From contig OZ176055.1 of assembly GCA_964247055.1 (NCBI GenBank), forward strand, positions 8,432,001 to 8,496,000: a stretch of DNA of 64,000 nt, in the 5' to 3' direction. Under the pieces are notes generated by a model. The model ran no database searches. It was not told the origin of the DNA and worked only from the letters and a program-made list of their open reading frames with translations. Every line of letters begins with the position of its first letter. Within the stretch, counting starts at the first letter, position 1. Positions 27,626 to 39,580 of this stretch are shown piece after piece. The DNA is from Paragordius varius (Eukaryota; Animalia; Nematomorpha). The position numbers and the translations under genes were made by a program.

Positions 27626-30530
27626 ATGAATATTGATGTGTATAGTAATAACCGGTCAGGCCTGGCCAGCCGCGGTTTTGGTGTTGTGGCCAATAATACA
27701 AAGAGAATGCAAAGAAATACGGGATGCCTGTATTTTGCTAGTTTGAATGTTGCTTCATTGAAAAGTAAGTTAAATGATATTGTGAGAATAATGAAAGTTA
27801 AACATATTGATATTTTGGCATTACAAGAGACTCGTTACCGCGGAAACGGAGCAAGGACTTTGGAAGAGAATTATCGACTATATTACTCAGGTGAAAGTGG
27901 CGGACGAAATGGAGTGGCAATTATCATTAATCCCAAATTGTCCAATCAGGTTAAAGAAGTAAGACGCTATAACAGCCGAATCATGAATTTAGATATTTTG
28001 GTAGGTAACGAGGTCATAACGGTATTTAGTATATATGCCCCGCAAATAGGTTTACCGAAACAAGAAAAGGAGCAATTTTACGAGACTCTAGATGAAAAAA
28101 TAGTCGCTCTCCCTCAGCTCAGAGTCAAGTTTTTATGTGGGGATTTTAATGGTCATCTTGGTTCAAAAAGGGAATCTTTTGAAATATGGCACGGGGGACA
28201 TTCTTATGGAGAAAGAAACGAGGAAGGAATTAATTTGCTCAGATTTGCACAATCTCACAATTTGGCGATAGCGAACACGTTTTTCGAAAAAAGAGAGAGT
28301 CATCTAGTAACTTTTAAGAGCGGCATAAACAAATCTCAAATAGATTTTATACTTGTTCCAAGAGACTTATTGAAGCTTGTAATAGATTGTAAGGTCGTGC
28401 CAAACTTAGAGGTTAGTTCGCAACATAATTTACTTATTTGTAAATTTTTCGTGAAAGAAAAGTCTAAACAAAGTGGTTCTTATTCAAAGAGATTAAAAAG
28501 TATTAAGTGGGAGAAATTATCCGAAAAAAGGCAGGCTTTTATAAAAGAAATACGGTTATCCGAGGATGGTGGGTTAAATGGTGATTGGGATAAAGTAAGT
28601 CAGTTAATCAAAAAGGCAGGAACTCTAGTTTGTGGATTAAAAGGCGGAAAATCTCAAGTATACAGAGAGGCTTGGCTTTACGATGAAAGAATAATATTGA
28701 TGTCACGAGAAAAAGGTAAGGCTTTTGACAAATGGAGACATACAAGGAATGATGATGATAGAGATAAGTATAAAAGTTAAAAATTAGTCGGCCAGGTGAA
28801 GAAAGAAAAAATGAATTTATTTTATGATGAGTTAAATAGTAAGCAAGGTTTAGACAAAGTGTGTAAAGTTGCGCAGAGGAATAAACGCAGGATGGATTTG
28901 CCAGGTTATGCGACTGCAATAAAAGGAAAAGATGGAAGCTTGCTGTGCGAAAATGTAGAAATATTAAAAAGATGGAAAGAGTACTTTGTGAGTTTAGATG
29001 AAGGGGTAGGCGAGATATTTTTGCCAAATATAGTTGAAGCTACTGATAGACCAATAGAAGCAATTACACAAAAGGAAGTAGAATCTAATTTGTTAGAAAT
29101 GCCAAACAACAAAGCTGTAGGATCGGACGACATAAATATAAATTGTTGGAAAGTGCTTGGAAATTCTGGATTAAATTTTTTGGAGCGTGTATTTAATAAA
29201 GTTGTTTCAACGTATGAAATCCCGGTTGAATGGAAGGAAAGTTTAACTGTGCCTTTATTTAAAGGAAAAGGTGATATAAATGAATGTAGTAACTATAGAG
29301 GGATAAAACTTATGTCGCACACTATGAAATTGTTTGAAAAAATAATTGAAAAGCGAATCAGGAAAATGATATCTATAGAAGGAAATCAATTTGGTTTCAT
29401 GCCAGGAAAGTCAACAGTAGAATACATGCGGTTAGGAGGTTGATTGAAAAACACATTGAAAAAAAGAAAGAATTACACGGGGTTTTGATTGATATAGAGA
29501 AGGCGTTTGACAGGATTCCTAGAGAAACTATTTGGTGGAGTCTCCGTCGTAAAAAGGTGCCAGAAAGTTATATTAAGTTGTTACAAATAATGTACGAATC
29601 ACACACCTCCAGGATTAAAACTCCACAAGGTTTATCAGAGCCCTTTTCAATAAAGCATGGAGTCTACCAAGGCTCATCACTCAGCCCCTTATTGTTTATA
29701 ATTTGTATGGACGAGGTAGCCAAGGTTGTTAATGTGAGTTCAGGATGGTACTTAATGTATGCAGATGACATAATCATCTTGTCTGATTCATTAATTGAGT
29801 TAAAGCGAACGGTAAACAGATGGGTTGTTATGCTGGATCAATATGGTCTGAAAGTAAACAAAGCAAAAACCGAACTTATTACTTTTGGGGGTGAACAACA
29901 TGAAATGATAGTTGGGTTCTGAAGGGTAAAGAAAGTTGCAAATATCTGGGAGCTATGTTAAGTGCAGATGGTTCGTTAACTGACGATATTAATTTAAGAA
30001 TAAAGAGCAGCTGGGTAAATTGGAAGAAAATTTCGAGCGTATTATGCGATCGAAATATTGATGTTAGAGTGAAAGGTAAGATTTACAGTTCAGTTGTCCA
30101 GCCCTCAATGATGTATAATTCACAGACATGGGGTGTCAAAAAATCCGAAGAAAGACAATTTAACGTGACTGAAATGAAAATGCTCAGAATGATGTGTGGG
30201 GTAACTAGAAAGGACAGAATCGAGAATAGATTTATTCGTGGGAGCACAGATATTAAACTAATAGTGGAAAGAATGTTAAAAAATAGGCTACGTTGGTTCG
30301 GGCACATTGAAAGGAGAGATTCTAATTATATTGCAAAAATAATAGATGGTTATATAGTTGAGGGAAAACGAGGACGTGGGCGACCTAAAACAAAATGGAT
30401 AGATACAGTAAAAAGAGAGCTAGCAGAATACGAGCTTAATGCAGAGGACGCCATAGATAGAGTTTTATGGCGAGACAGGTTGTATGACATGACCGCTCTC
30501 ACGAGTGAAAATATGTAATGTAATAATAAT
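27626..30530 (+). mobile_element. Near full-length RTE-clade LINE (APE endonuclease + reverse transcriptase), about 3 disabling lesions
   Basis: APE motifs ASLNV, LALQETR, GDFNGH and SQIDFIL; RT motifs NYRGIKL, QFGFMPG, IDIEKAFD, GVYQGSSLSP, LMYADD and KYLG; C-terminal RLRWFGH and RGRGRPK. Lesions are an in-frame TAA at 28778-28780 and frameshifts near 29430 and 29920. A short (TAA)n tail follows 30518. Confidence 0.95.
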
Positions 30531-31009
30531 TTATATTTATTATTGTAATAATATGGTAAATTTTAATTTTTATGGTTAGTAGATTTCTGGATTTTTTAAT
30601 TATCCATGTCTGTCGCTACCTCTAATGCGCCATTGCACCATGTTATCCGAATTCAACGAGACTATGTGCCAATCATTGTGAGACGATGACATCCTGGGAA
30701 GCAATTTTGAAGCCGCTGGTATTTGAGCAGGGCTGATTACCAATATTTGGCCCAAAGTTGAGTATTCAAAGCAAGTAATTGACGGTTATTTCCGGGTTAG
30801 CGTCCCACTTGGAGATACAGCTGAATTCACAACAAAGGGTAACTTTCATACTTGCTGGATTCCGATATCTCCTAATTGGTATACCTTAATAGTCACCTTC
30901 ATTTCGGGCAAGCGCAATTCTTCTTCGCAAGATAAGATTCCATTGATCAAGGCTAAAATCAACGTTGTTTGTATGGTGATTTAATAACATCAAAATTGCT
31001 TTTATATAC

Positions 31010-33070
31010 CTATATGGATTATTTCTAAGCATTTAATAGTTATGATCTCATAGAACTTTCAAAACAGTGCTTCATAGAATTTTTTAAAACTATGATTTAT
31101 ACTAATATATTGTTTACTGGTGTGAAGGCCACAAATTGACAGCTAACAGAAAAAACTGCTATACTATAATTTTTACCTTATAAGTATTATTTAAAGCCTT
31201 TATTGAACTCGTATGGCTTCTTAAGTTTATATTAGCTCTAAAACCACGCCATCTTTGTATGGCGTCTCAATTTTAAACGGTAAACCCCTACTCATAGAAC
31301 TGTGTGAAAAAAATCGCTGAGTTAAGTTTTTTTGCCTTTTTTAGGCAAATATTTGGAATAATCTTTTATGCCATCGTTTCATGGGTTATTCAAAAAAATA
31401 GCTCAACCCTAAATCATCGTTATATGATGGCGTATTAGGGCATAAAATCTCCATAACGGCTATTAAAAAAGCCTTACCTTAACTTTTACCTAGTTACGGG
31501 TAATATTTCAAGATTTTAAATAACTCATATGGCTTCATATATTTTCTGTAAATTAGCTCCACAACAACGCAATTTTTATATAGTGGCGCAGTTTTTGGCG
31601 GGTAGCTTCTTACCCAGGGGCAGGTATAAAAAAAGCGTTGGGCAAAATTTTTGCCTTTATATGGGGAATATCTGGAATCATGATTAATTCCATATGCTCT
31701 CAAGATTCCATATGTTCCCATAAGTTCGCGGAAATATTGCTTTAGAACTAAATAATTGTTCTATGGCGACGCATTTTTCAGGGCGTAAAACATTACTTAG
31801 CGACTGATTGAATGCCCTATACTAAAAGATTTGTTTTTTAAGAGGTAATAAATTTTTAGGCCCTTATTGAAATGATATGGCCTGATAAGTTTTCCAAGAT
31901 TTGCCTTCAAAGTCACGCTGTATTGATATGGTGGCGCAGTTGTAGGCGGGTAGCCTACCCAGAAGCCAATATAAAAAAGACGTTCGAAAAAAAAATTGCC
32001 TTTATAGGGGAATACCTAGAATCATCATTCATTCCCTATGTTATTAATAGTTTTTGGAAGAATGGCTTCAAAACTAAATAATAGTTTAATGATAGCGCAT
32101 TTAGGGCGTAAAGAGCCAATTTAACGGCTAATTTAAAAAACCGATCAACTAAAATTTTAGCCTATTGGTAATATTTTAGGCCCTTATTAAACTTATGATA
32201 AGTTTTCTGAAAATTAACTCCTAAACAACGCAATTTCGATATGGTGGCGCAGTTTTAGGCGGGTAGCTTCCTGACCAGAGGCTGACAAAAACCACTTGAT
32301 TAAAATTTTTGCCTTTTTACGGAGAATACCTGCAATCATGATTGATTACATATGCTCTCATTAGTTTTTGGAAAAATTGCCTCAAGACTAAAAAATCATT
32401 CTATGGGGGCGCATTTTTTCAGGGTGTGAAGTGCCTAATTAGAGGCTAATTTTAAAAAAACACAAGACTTTAATTTTTGCCTTGTTACGGGTAACATTTT
32501 AGACACCTATTAAACTTTTATGGCCTTATAGGTTTTCTGAAATTTAGCGCCAAAGGAAAGCTATTCGATATGACGGGGCAGTTTTTAGCGGGTATCTACT
32601 TACCCAGCACCCAATATGAAAAACGCATGACTATACATTTTACCTTTTAACAGGGAATATTAGCAATCGTCATTGAATTTTTACGGTCTCATACCTTGGG
32701 CGAAAATTAGAATCAAAAAATTATTTTTGTGGAAAAATGGCATTTTACGGGAAGAGCGAGTAAAAAGAGGGCCTAAATTAAAAAAACGAGCCGACTATGT
32801 TCGGCGCACTCAAAAAAAGTAAAAAAAATCATATTTGAAATCGAATGGTCCAACACGTTTTCCGGAAAATTGACTCAAAGACACGATTTTTGTGGACTTT
32901 TAACGAACCCCGTTTTTTACACGGGATGGGCACGAACTGGAGACCATATTCAAAAAAGGGGGAAGCTATTGTCAGGGCATTCATTAATGATTACATTTTT
33001 TCGACATTTGAATTTGAATGGGTCTACCCGTTTTCCGGAAGTAGATCACAAAGCCAGCATTTTCCATTTA
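31010..33070. repeat. Repeat family B, copy 3 (longest): unique ends flanking about five diverged ~320-350 bp tandem units
   Basis: Units begin near 31180, 31494, 31845, 32165 and 32487 (recurring GGTAATATTTT...TATTAAACT...GGCGCAGTT...GCGGGTAGC...ACCCAG). The right end stops at a (TA)n run at 33069. Confidence 0.85.
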
Positions 33071-33562
33071 TATATATATATATATACCAGCCTGCAATTA
33101 AGCACCTACCAAAAAGGCATTAATATATGTATGGAAATACTAACATAAAACCCGACCTCCAATGCGAATCCTCGCTCAGGAGCAATGCGTACCGGGTGGC
33201 TAAGGGCTGCCATGTCGGTTTCTGACCCTACACCCTTTACTTGTTACTTTAGCTTAAAGCAGTCCACTGCCTTGGGGTCACTTATGATCGATTTATAATA
33301 TAAAATAATTAATTTAAATAGATGATAAAAGTTATCAATCAATCTATGTTACATATATCAAATTGTATGAATTAAAAAAAACGGCCGAGCGACTGCGAAA
33401 TAATCAATTCAATTTCACCCTCAAACATCAAATTCAATAATGTAAGTGTTTTCGGGCTAATATAATCTATCATTAATATGAAATAATTTTTTTTAGCATT
33501 TCATATTTTCAAAATATTAAAAAATAAAGATATTTAATCTTAAAAAACACATTATTTATTTT

Positions 33563-33650
33563 AGGTTGAATTTGAATTGTTCTAAAGTGAATTTGAATTT
33601 TTCAAGGGTAAATTTGAGTTGTTCAAGGGTGAATTTGAACTGTAAATGGT
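33563..33650. repeat. ~21-bp minisatellite (about 4 units), part of a dispersed repeat
   Basis: AGG(G/T)TGAATTTGAA(T/C)TGTTC units. Related copies occur at ~17140-17175, ~17265, ~39180-39270 (reverse) and ~39427-39460. Confidence 0.7.
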
Positions 33651-34635
33651 ATACATTACCTTGTTGTTTACGGGTTTCACTTATATTAATATAAGATTGC
33701 AATACAAGACTTGAACACTTTAAGTTGGTCCTTGAACATTTCATGTTGGTCCTACATTTTCATTTTGTTTATAACGTTTATTAATTAAATAACATTTAAA
33801 CCATTTTTAACCTATTTTCTTTATTAACCTTTTAATATTACCAACTTTTTTCACAAATATAAGGTTTTTTATTTTAAGAGTTATTTATTGTAATTTTTGG
33901 TCAAATATGTTTAAAATATTGTTAGATTGGAAAAAATTAATTAGAAACAAAAAAGTTTTTTCCTGATAAAAATCATAATATTAAATATGATACTAGTAAA
34001 TAAAGATATTAGGTTAAAAAAGGTATAAACATAGATAAATAGAAGCAAAAATTATGGTTATAACTAAACTTTAAAAATTAAGAACTAACACGAAATGGTG
34101 AAAAACCAACCTGAAGTTTAAGGACCAACTAGATGTTCAAGGATCTTGAAGTAATGGTAAACTTCTCTTAAAAAATCAATGTTGTTAAGAGCAAATTGTT
34201 ATCGAATTTTAACAGAAATTTTGTAAGGTAAAATATAATTATTTATTATTCGTTTATTAATTTTCTTTCAAATATTCAGATGGCAATAATATATCTTATT
34301 TCAAAACTGGATTATTATCTACAACCCAGTTAAATTACATTTGTAACGTTATAACTATTTATAAAGGCAATACTTTATGGCAAAATTACACATAACCTTC
34401 ATAATTCTTATAAATGTACCTTAAACAATCTCTAGTTATAGCCATCCGTTAAAATGAGATGTAATATTATTACAATGTGCATTTTGCAAATACTGATTAA
34501 TTTTTTATAATTCTTGTTATAAAACACTGTGACACTTAAATATGAGCAAAGGTAATGGAATATGTATGAGAAATTATTCAAAAAAATTTGCATTGTGTAT
34601 AATAGAGATTCCATAATTAAGAAATATGAAGTAAA

Positions 34636-35103
34636 CTAAATCACATTACTAATATATAATGCATTGTTAGTTATGGTTGTCCAGTGATGACATAAGTATG
34701 CCCATTTAAAAGTCATTAAACTCCATATTGCCATTAGAAAAAAGTTTTCTTGCTTAAAATTCACCAAATCTATAATTAATAGATAGCAAAACTTACCATG
34801 TTTGAAAATAAATCCCAATATCAGGTAACATAATACAGATATAATTGTTAGTATCATTCCGATCAAACCAAAATAATGCGAATATATAATTGTTGTGAGT
34901 GTTAAATTGTTTCGATACTCCAATATTTTTATATACAAACATACTGCAGCAAAAACAGCTAAAATAAAAATATTTGATATACCAGAATTAAATGCGTATA
35001 TACAGGTTCCAAAACTATGAAACAGAAACCCAAAAGCAGACGATGCGGATAATCCCACACATATTCCACAAATAGCCAAGTAAATATGCACCTTAATATG
35101 CAT
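34636..35103 (-). CDS. SLC48A1: Heme transporter HRG-1 / SLC48A1 family (4-TM)
   Basis: MHIKVHIYLAICGICVGLSASSAFGFLFHSF...NSAVFAAVCL...ENFFLMAIWSLMTFKWAYL matches the HRG-1 pattern, including the W..MTFKW motif. There are two GT-AG introns, 34959-34982 (24 nt) and 34770-34796 (27 nt). Confidence 0.85.
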   Translation of the reverse strand: MHIKVHIYLAICGICVGLSASSAFGFLFHSFGTCIYAFNSGISNIFILAVFAAVCLYIKILEYRNNLTLTTIIYSHYFGLIGMILTIISVLCYLILGFIFKHGKFCYLLIIDLVNFKQENFFLMAIWSLMTFKWAYLCHHWTTITNNALYISNVI

Positions 35104-35156
35104 ATTTTTTTGATGCACAGGTAAAAAAATTAAATTACAAACATGTGATTAATTGC

Positions 35157-38100
35157 ATGAGTATTTTAGCCATATTGTATGTGGTGTTTGATCCGAAAAC
35201 TGGGCCTACGATTCGTTATCAGGTTAAAAAATTTGTTTAATTGGTGTTCAGGAGCCGGAAAATTATTTGAAACAAGATGTGTTTGATATCAATCATTCTT
35301 GCTTTATACCGAAACCACAAATTCAAAAAAATATAATCAAATTAATTTTGCCAAATTATTATGTGATGGGATATCCAGTGTGCTTGGAAGATACCGTTTA
35401 CGATAGAAATATGTTTATGTTTAACGTTTGTATGGTTATATCTCCGAGCGATATATGCTATGAAAAAAGTTTAATAAAATTAGCTCTGTTTTATGAAACG
35501 TTGGAAGTTTTTGTGAAATTCAATATAGATAGAAAAATTACAAATACTTGTCCAATGCATCAAATTGGCCAACATTCTTTTCTAATCTCTCACAAATTAG
35601 ACATGATATTAATAATAAAGGTAGCACCACAATTTTCTTCGGTAAATGTATTTATTTTTTTTATTTAAGAGATGATAGGATCTTATCGTTAAAAACAAAA
35701 AGAGACGAAAAGATACCAATAGACACCATAGATGATTACGACATACCCATTTTTATTGATCAAAAATGTTATGATTCCATGGATATACTTGTGAAAAAGG
35801 TTTACTATTTTAGAACTTTAAAACTTTAAATACCGATTATTTTTCGTTTTGTAATACTCAAAATGCGGACACAAATTGATATTGTGTACCGGGAACATTG
35901 TTTTCATGATTGTAAAAAAATAATTACTTTCAATTAAATTGGTGCATAGCAAATATTTTAAAATATTGTGCACATTGTATTTATCATAAATTCAAATTAA
36001 AAACTTAAACTTGGCCAAATTTAATTTAACTTATTTAAAATAAAAATGTTGTCTTTACTTTCAATCAATATTTTTGATTTGTAAAAACTCCTAGAATTGT
36101 TTGCAAAAATGTTAATTTATACCTCTAAAATGGTTTTCCCACAAATTTTAGTTTTACTGAGGTTAATTTTACATAAAGTGAAATTAAAAGCATGGTCATA
36201 GGCTTAATCCAATTGTACCCTTATTAGGACATTATTACAACAGAATCAAAAAACAATAATGTTATTAAAAGCTTTAAATCATAATAAATCTTTGGTTTTA
36301 GAAATTTTTTGCAGTGTTTGTATAGGTTTATTTTTATTAAATTTCCGTAATACATTTTTATTTTTTAAAAATCTAGGTTTATCCTTTTTTTAAAACTTGT
36401 ATCATTAAAAATATCTATAATATAAGCTCAGATTTACAACTATGTATTCTTTTGCCTTTAAGCGCTTTATTGTAACTTTGGAAAAGGGGTTGTATCAGTA
36501 TTAGTTCGCAATTTTTTTGGTTAGTATAGTTTACCTCGCTTCGAAAACTAGGATATAGCTTTTGTCAGTTGATTAATTATATTTTAATTCAGTAATATCT
36601 CACAGTAAAAATTTAATCGGATAAAATTTAAATAATCTGATAGTAGTCTTAAACTTTCTGTTTACATATATCAAATTGAATTTCCATAATTATAACCCAA
36701 GCCTTGCCACTCCAACACTAAAACCCTATTCCGTTAAATGAATTTAAATTATTTTTAGGAATTTGGAGTTATTTTATGCGCTGTGAATTAAATATCTTGC
36801 ACTAAAATAAGTTAAAAATGGCTAACAAAACTTTAATTTATGTGCAGTATGCGGTACATATAAAATTATCAACGATGCACTTGTATTTTTCATAGCAGGA
36901 TTATAATTCATCGTTTTGATTATCATTTAATACATTTTATTTTGTAGACTTATTTATTTTATAGTTGTCGATGTATATTGATGGATTTAATGACGTTACC
37001 AGAATAGCCCAGATGGCCAATGTGAATAAAAGGATTGTTAAAACATGCTTAAATAATTTATTGTGAGATAATTTCTTTTAATTGACATTTTGAGTGAAAA
37101 AACTGAAAATTTTACAAAGGGGTCGCAAATTTTTTTTATTTCGAATTGGGAAAATAACAATCATTTATATTTAGCATCATAAAAATTAATTTTATTGAAA
37201 AACAACATTATTTTTGTATCATAATAATTAACGAAAACGATTAATACTGCGTAGGCAAACAATTGATTTTTTTATTAAATTTTCGTGCTTATAAACAGAA
37301 GCCTATGTGATTTAAAAATACGTTGATGGTTTATATAATATTTATATAGTTTGATAAATAAAAATTGTCTAAATAGTTGTCTAATGTCATTTAATAGCAA
37401 TATAAACTTTTATAGATATAAGTTTTACAAGAGCAAAAATATAGGATAATTATCCGCTCAAAAAGGAATTTAACTGTTTGTGATAAAACAGGGTGTTCAA
37501 CATGGGGCCCTTAAAATATTTTTCCAGCCCGTGAAAAATGTTTGATATAAAATTTTACCAAATCTAAGTAAAAGGGATTTTCTTAGACAAGTTTTCTGAA
37601 TATCTATTTCCAAATTTTTGCTATAAACTAGCAAAAATATTTTAAAATAGTAATTTTTACAGTATTATATTTTAAAAAATTTGTTAATGCCCATATATTA
37701 TAAGAAAATCCTAAAATGCGGCTCGCGAAGCCATTTGTGTTGGTCACCCTCGTAAAAAAACATAGTATAATAAAAAAGTATATTGGCATAAAATCTTTAA
37801 AAACGCATGCTTCTTTAAGTCTTGTTGTTGAATTATTAAAATATATATTCATATTTTTTCCTTTAGAGCCCAGAAAATTCTCAAAATTATACCGCCATTT
37901 AATGTAATTTTCCTAATATTTTTAATACATATAATATTTTCAATTTCACTTATCCTTGCTATATATAATACTTTTATAGTATTCCAATGTGTATATGTGC
38001 ACCAAAGAAATTTTGCATTTTTGTAAAGCTGGTCTCACCTCACAAACATTACGGGAACAATGCATTCAATATGTTAGGCTTAATGGTATAAAAATTATAA

Positions 38101-39580
38101 AGATAAAGTAAAAACTTAAAGACAAATATTTTTTTATAAAAAACGGCTGATAATTTTTTAATCCTTAATTTTTTCCATATCACCCGAATAATTAAAATTG
38201 TTTTATGCTATAATTGAGTGTGTTACCAATGTACATCTCTTTTTCCTATTTTGCAACAACCTCAAACAATAATAGGACATAGTAATAAAATGTTTTAAAA
38301 AATGGCTGCCTTTAACAAAAAAAATATTGGTTAGTCTTTTAGTTTGTACCCTTTTTTCTTTATAAGTTATATTTTAAGCGTAATTGTTGAAAAATTTTGA
38401 ACTTAAATATTAATAAAAGATAATTTTAATAAGTAAAAATATTTAATTATCATATTTAACGTATAAGATTTGAAACTCCCCAAGTTTGCCGATATATGTA
38501 TGCTATATTCCAAACTTAATGCCAAAACAACTTTTGAAGATATCTGCACAACATATAAACCCCTTCAATATCACATTGATGAAAAGTATTGAGAAATAAA
38601 TAAATTTTATATTTTTTGTTAGGAAATTAATTTTTTATGGATTAATTCATAACTTAATACGTTTGCGTCAAATGTACCCTGTTATGAAACCTAATAATCC
38701 CAATCCTATTACAATGGAAACGCAAAAATTATTAGGTTCTCACCCAAAATTAAGGTTGGATGGATCGATGGATATAAATCAAATGAGCTCTATCACAGGT
38801 TAATTTTATTAGAAATATTATAAAAAGCAATTTTTAAATTCTGTTTTAAAATTTGACCATTTTTACTTTAAAATAAATTTTTGAATGTACCCTATCTGAT
38901 TCGGATTTATATCAATAATATTACATATTGGTGCGAGGACATAATTTGATATTTGAGTTTTTCCACAAATTAACCAATATTATACATTGGGTCAAAAATT
39001 TATAGCATTAAATTTAACTTTTTATACTCTTTTCTTTAATTACTATAAACTTGGTTTTCCGTCATTTTTTTTCTATTCTAAAAGTATATTCTCACATTTC
39101 ACGTTGCTCATGTTATAATAATTATTGATTTATGTTACAAGAGCATTAAAATTTAACTAAAAATTATATACCATTACCTTAAATTCTACTTTAAACACTT
39201 AAATTCACTTTTGCTTAAATTTAACTTTGAACATTACAAATTCATCCTTAAACACTCTAAATTCACCTTAACAATAGATTAAGTTGAAAGAAGCCAAAAA
39301 CTACCTATTTTATATTTATATAGTTAAAACTTTGTTTAAAATAAACATAATTAATATAAAAATGATATACCATAAAGAAAAATATTTTATATCAATAATG
39401 AGTTAGTTTAGCTCAAATTTATTATTAGGGTGAATTTGAAATGTCCATGGGCAAATTTGAGTAAATGGTATATTATATTTTTCAATCTTAAATCTGTTTT
39501 TTTTATTCATAGGCTTGAATGTGAATGAGCTCGTAAACTTATTTAATCAAGATCCACAAATTGTCGTTAATTGGAAATGA
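35157..39580 (+). CDS. NPRL2: GATOR1 complex subunit NPRL2 (NPR2)
   Basis: Exons 35157-35222, 35252-35506, 35533-35641, 35672-35799, 36965-37062, 37867-37903, 37980-38085, 38468-38585, 38623-38798 and 39513-39580 splice in phase. Motifs are FDPKTGPTIRYQ, GYPVCLE..YDRNMFMFN (GAP arginine retained), YIDGF, YSNVY, KLIFYGLIHNLIR and the C-terminal DPQIVVNWK. Confidence 0.95.

Noticed and set aside
31180-32690. Regularly spaced repeats as a CRISPR-like array
   Set aside because: The units are ~320 bp and homologous along their whole length with no unique spacers, the context is eukaryotic, and no cas genes are present.
33556-33744. ORF with a FKFTLEQ periodic peptide
   Set aside because: It is a translation of the 21-bp minisatellite.
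34090-34320. Apparent small exons (MFKDLEVM / SKLLSNFNRNFVR)
   Set aside because: Part of it is the arm of an inverted repeat, and the product is tiny and unrecognisable.
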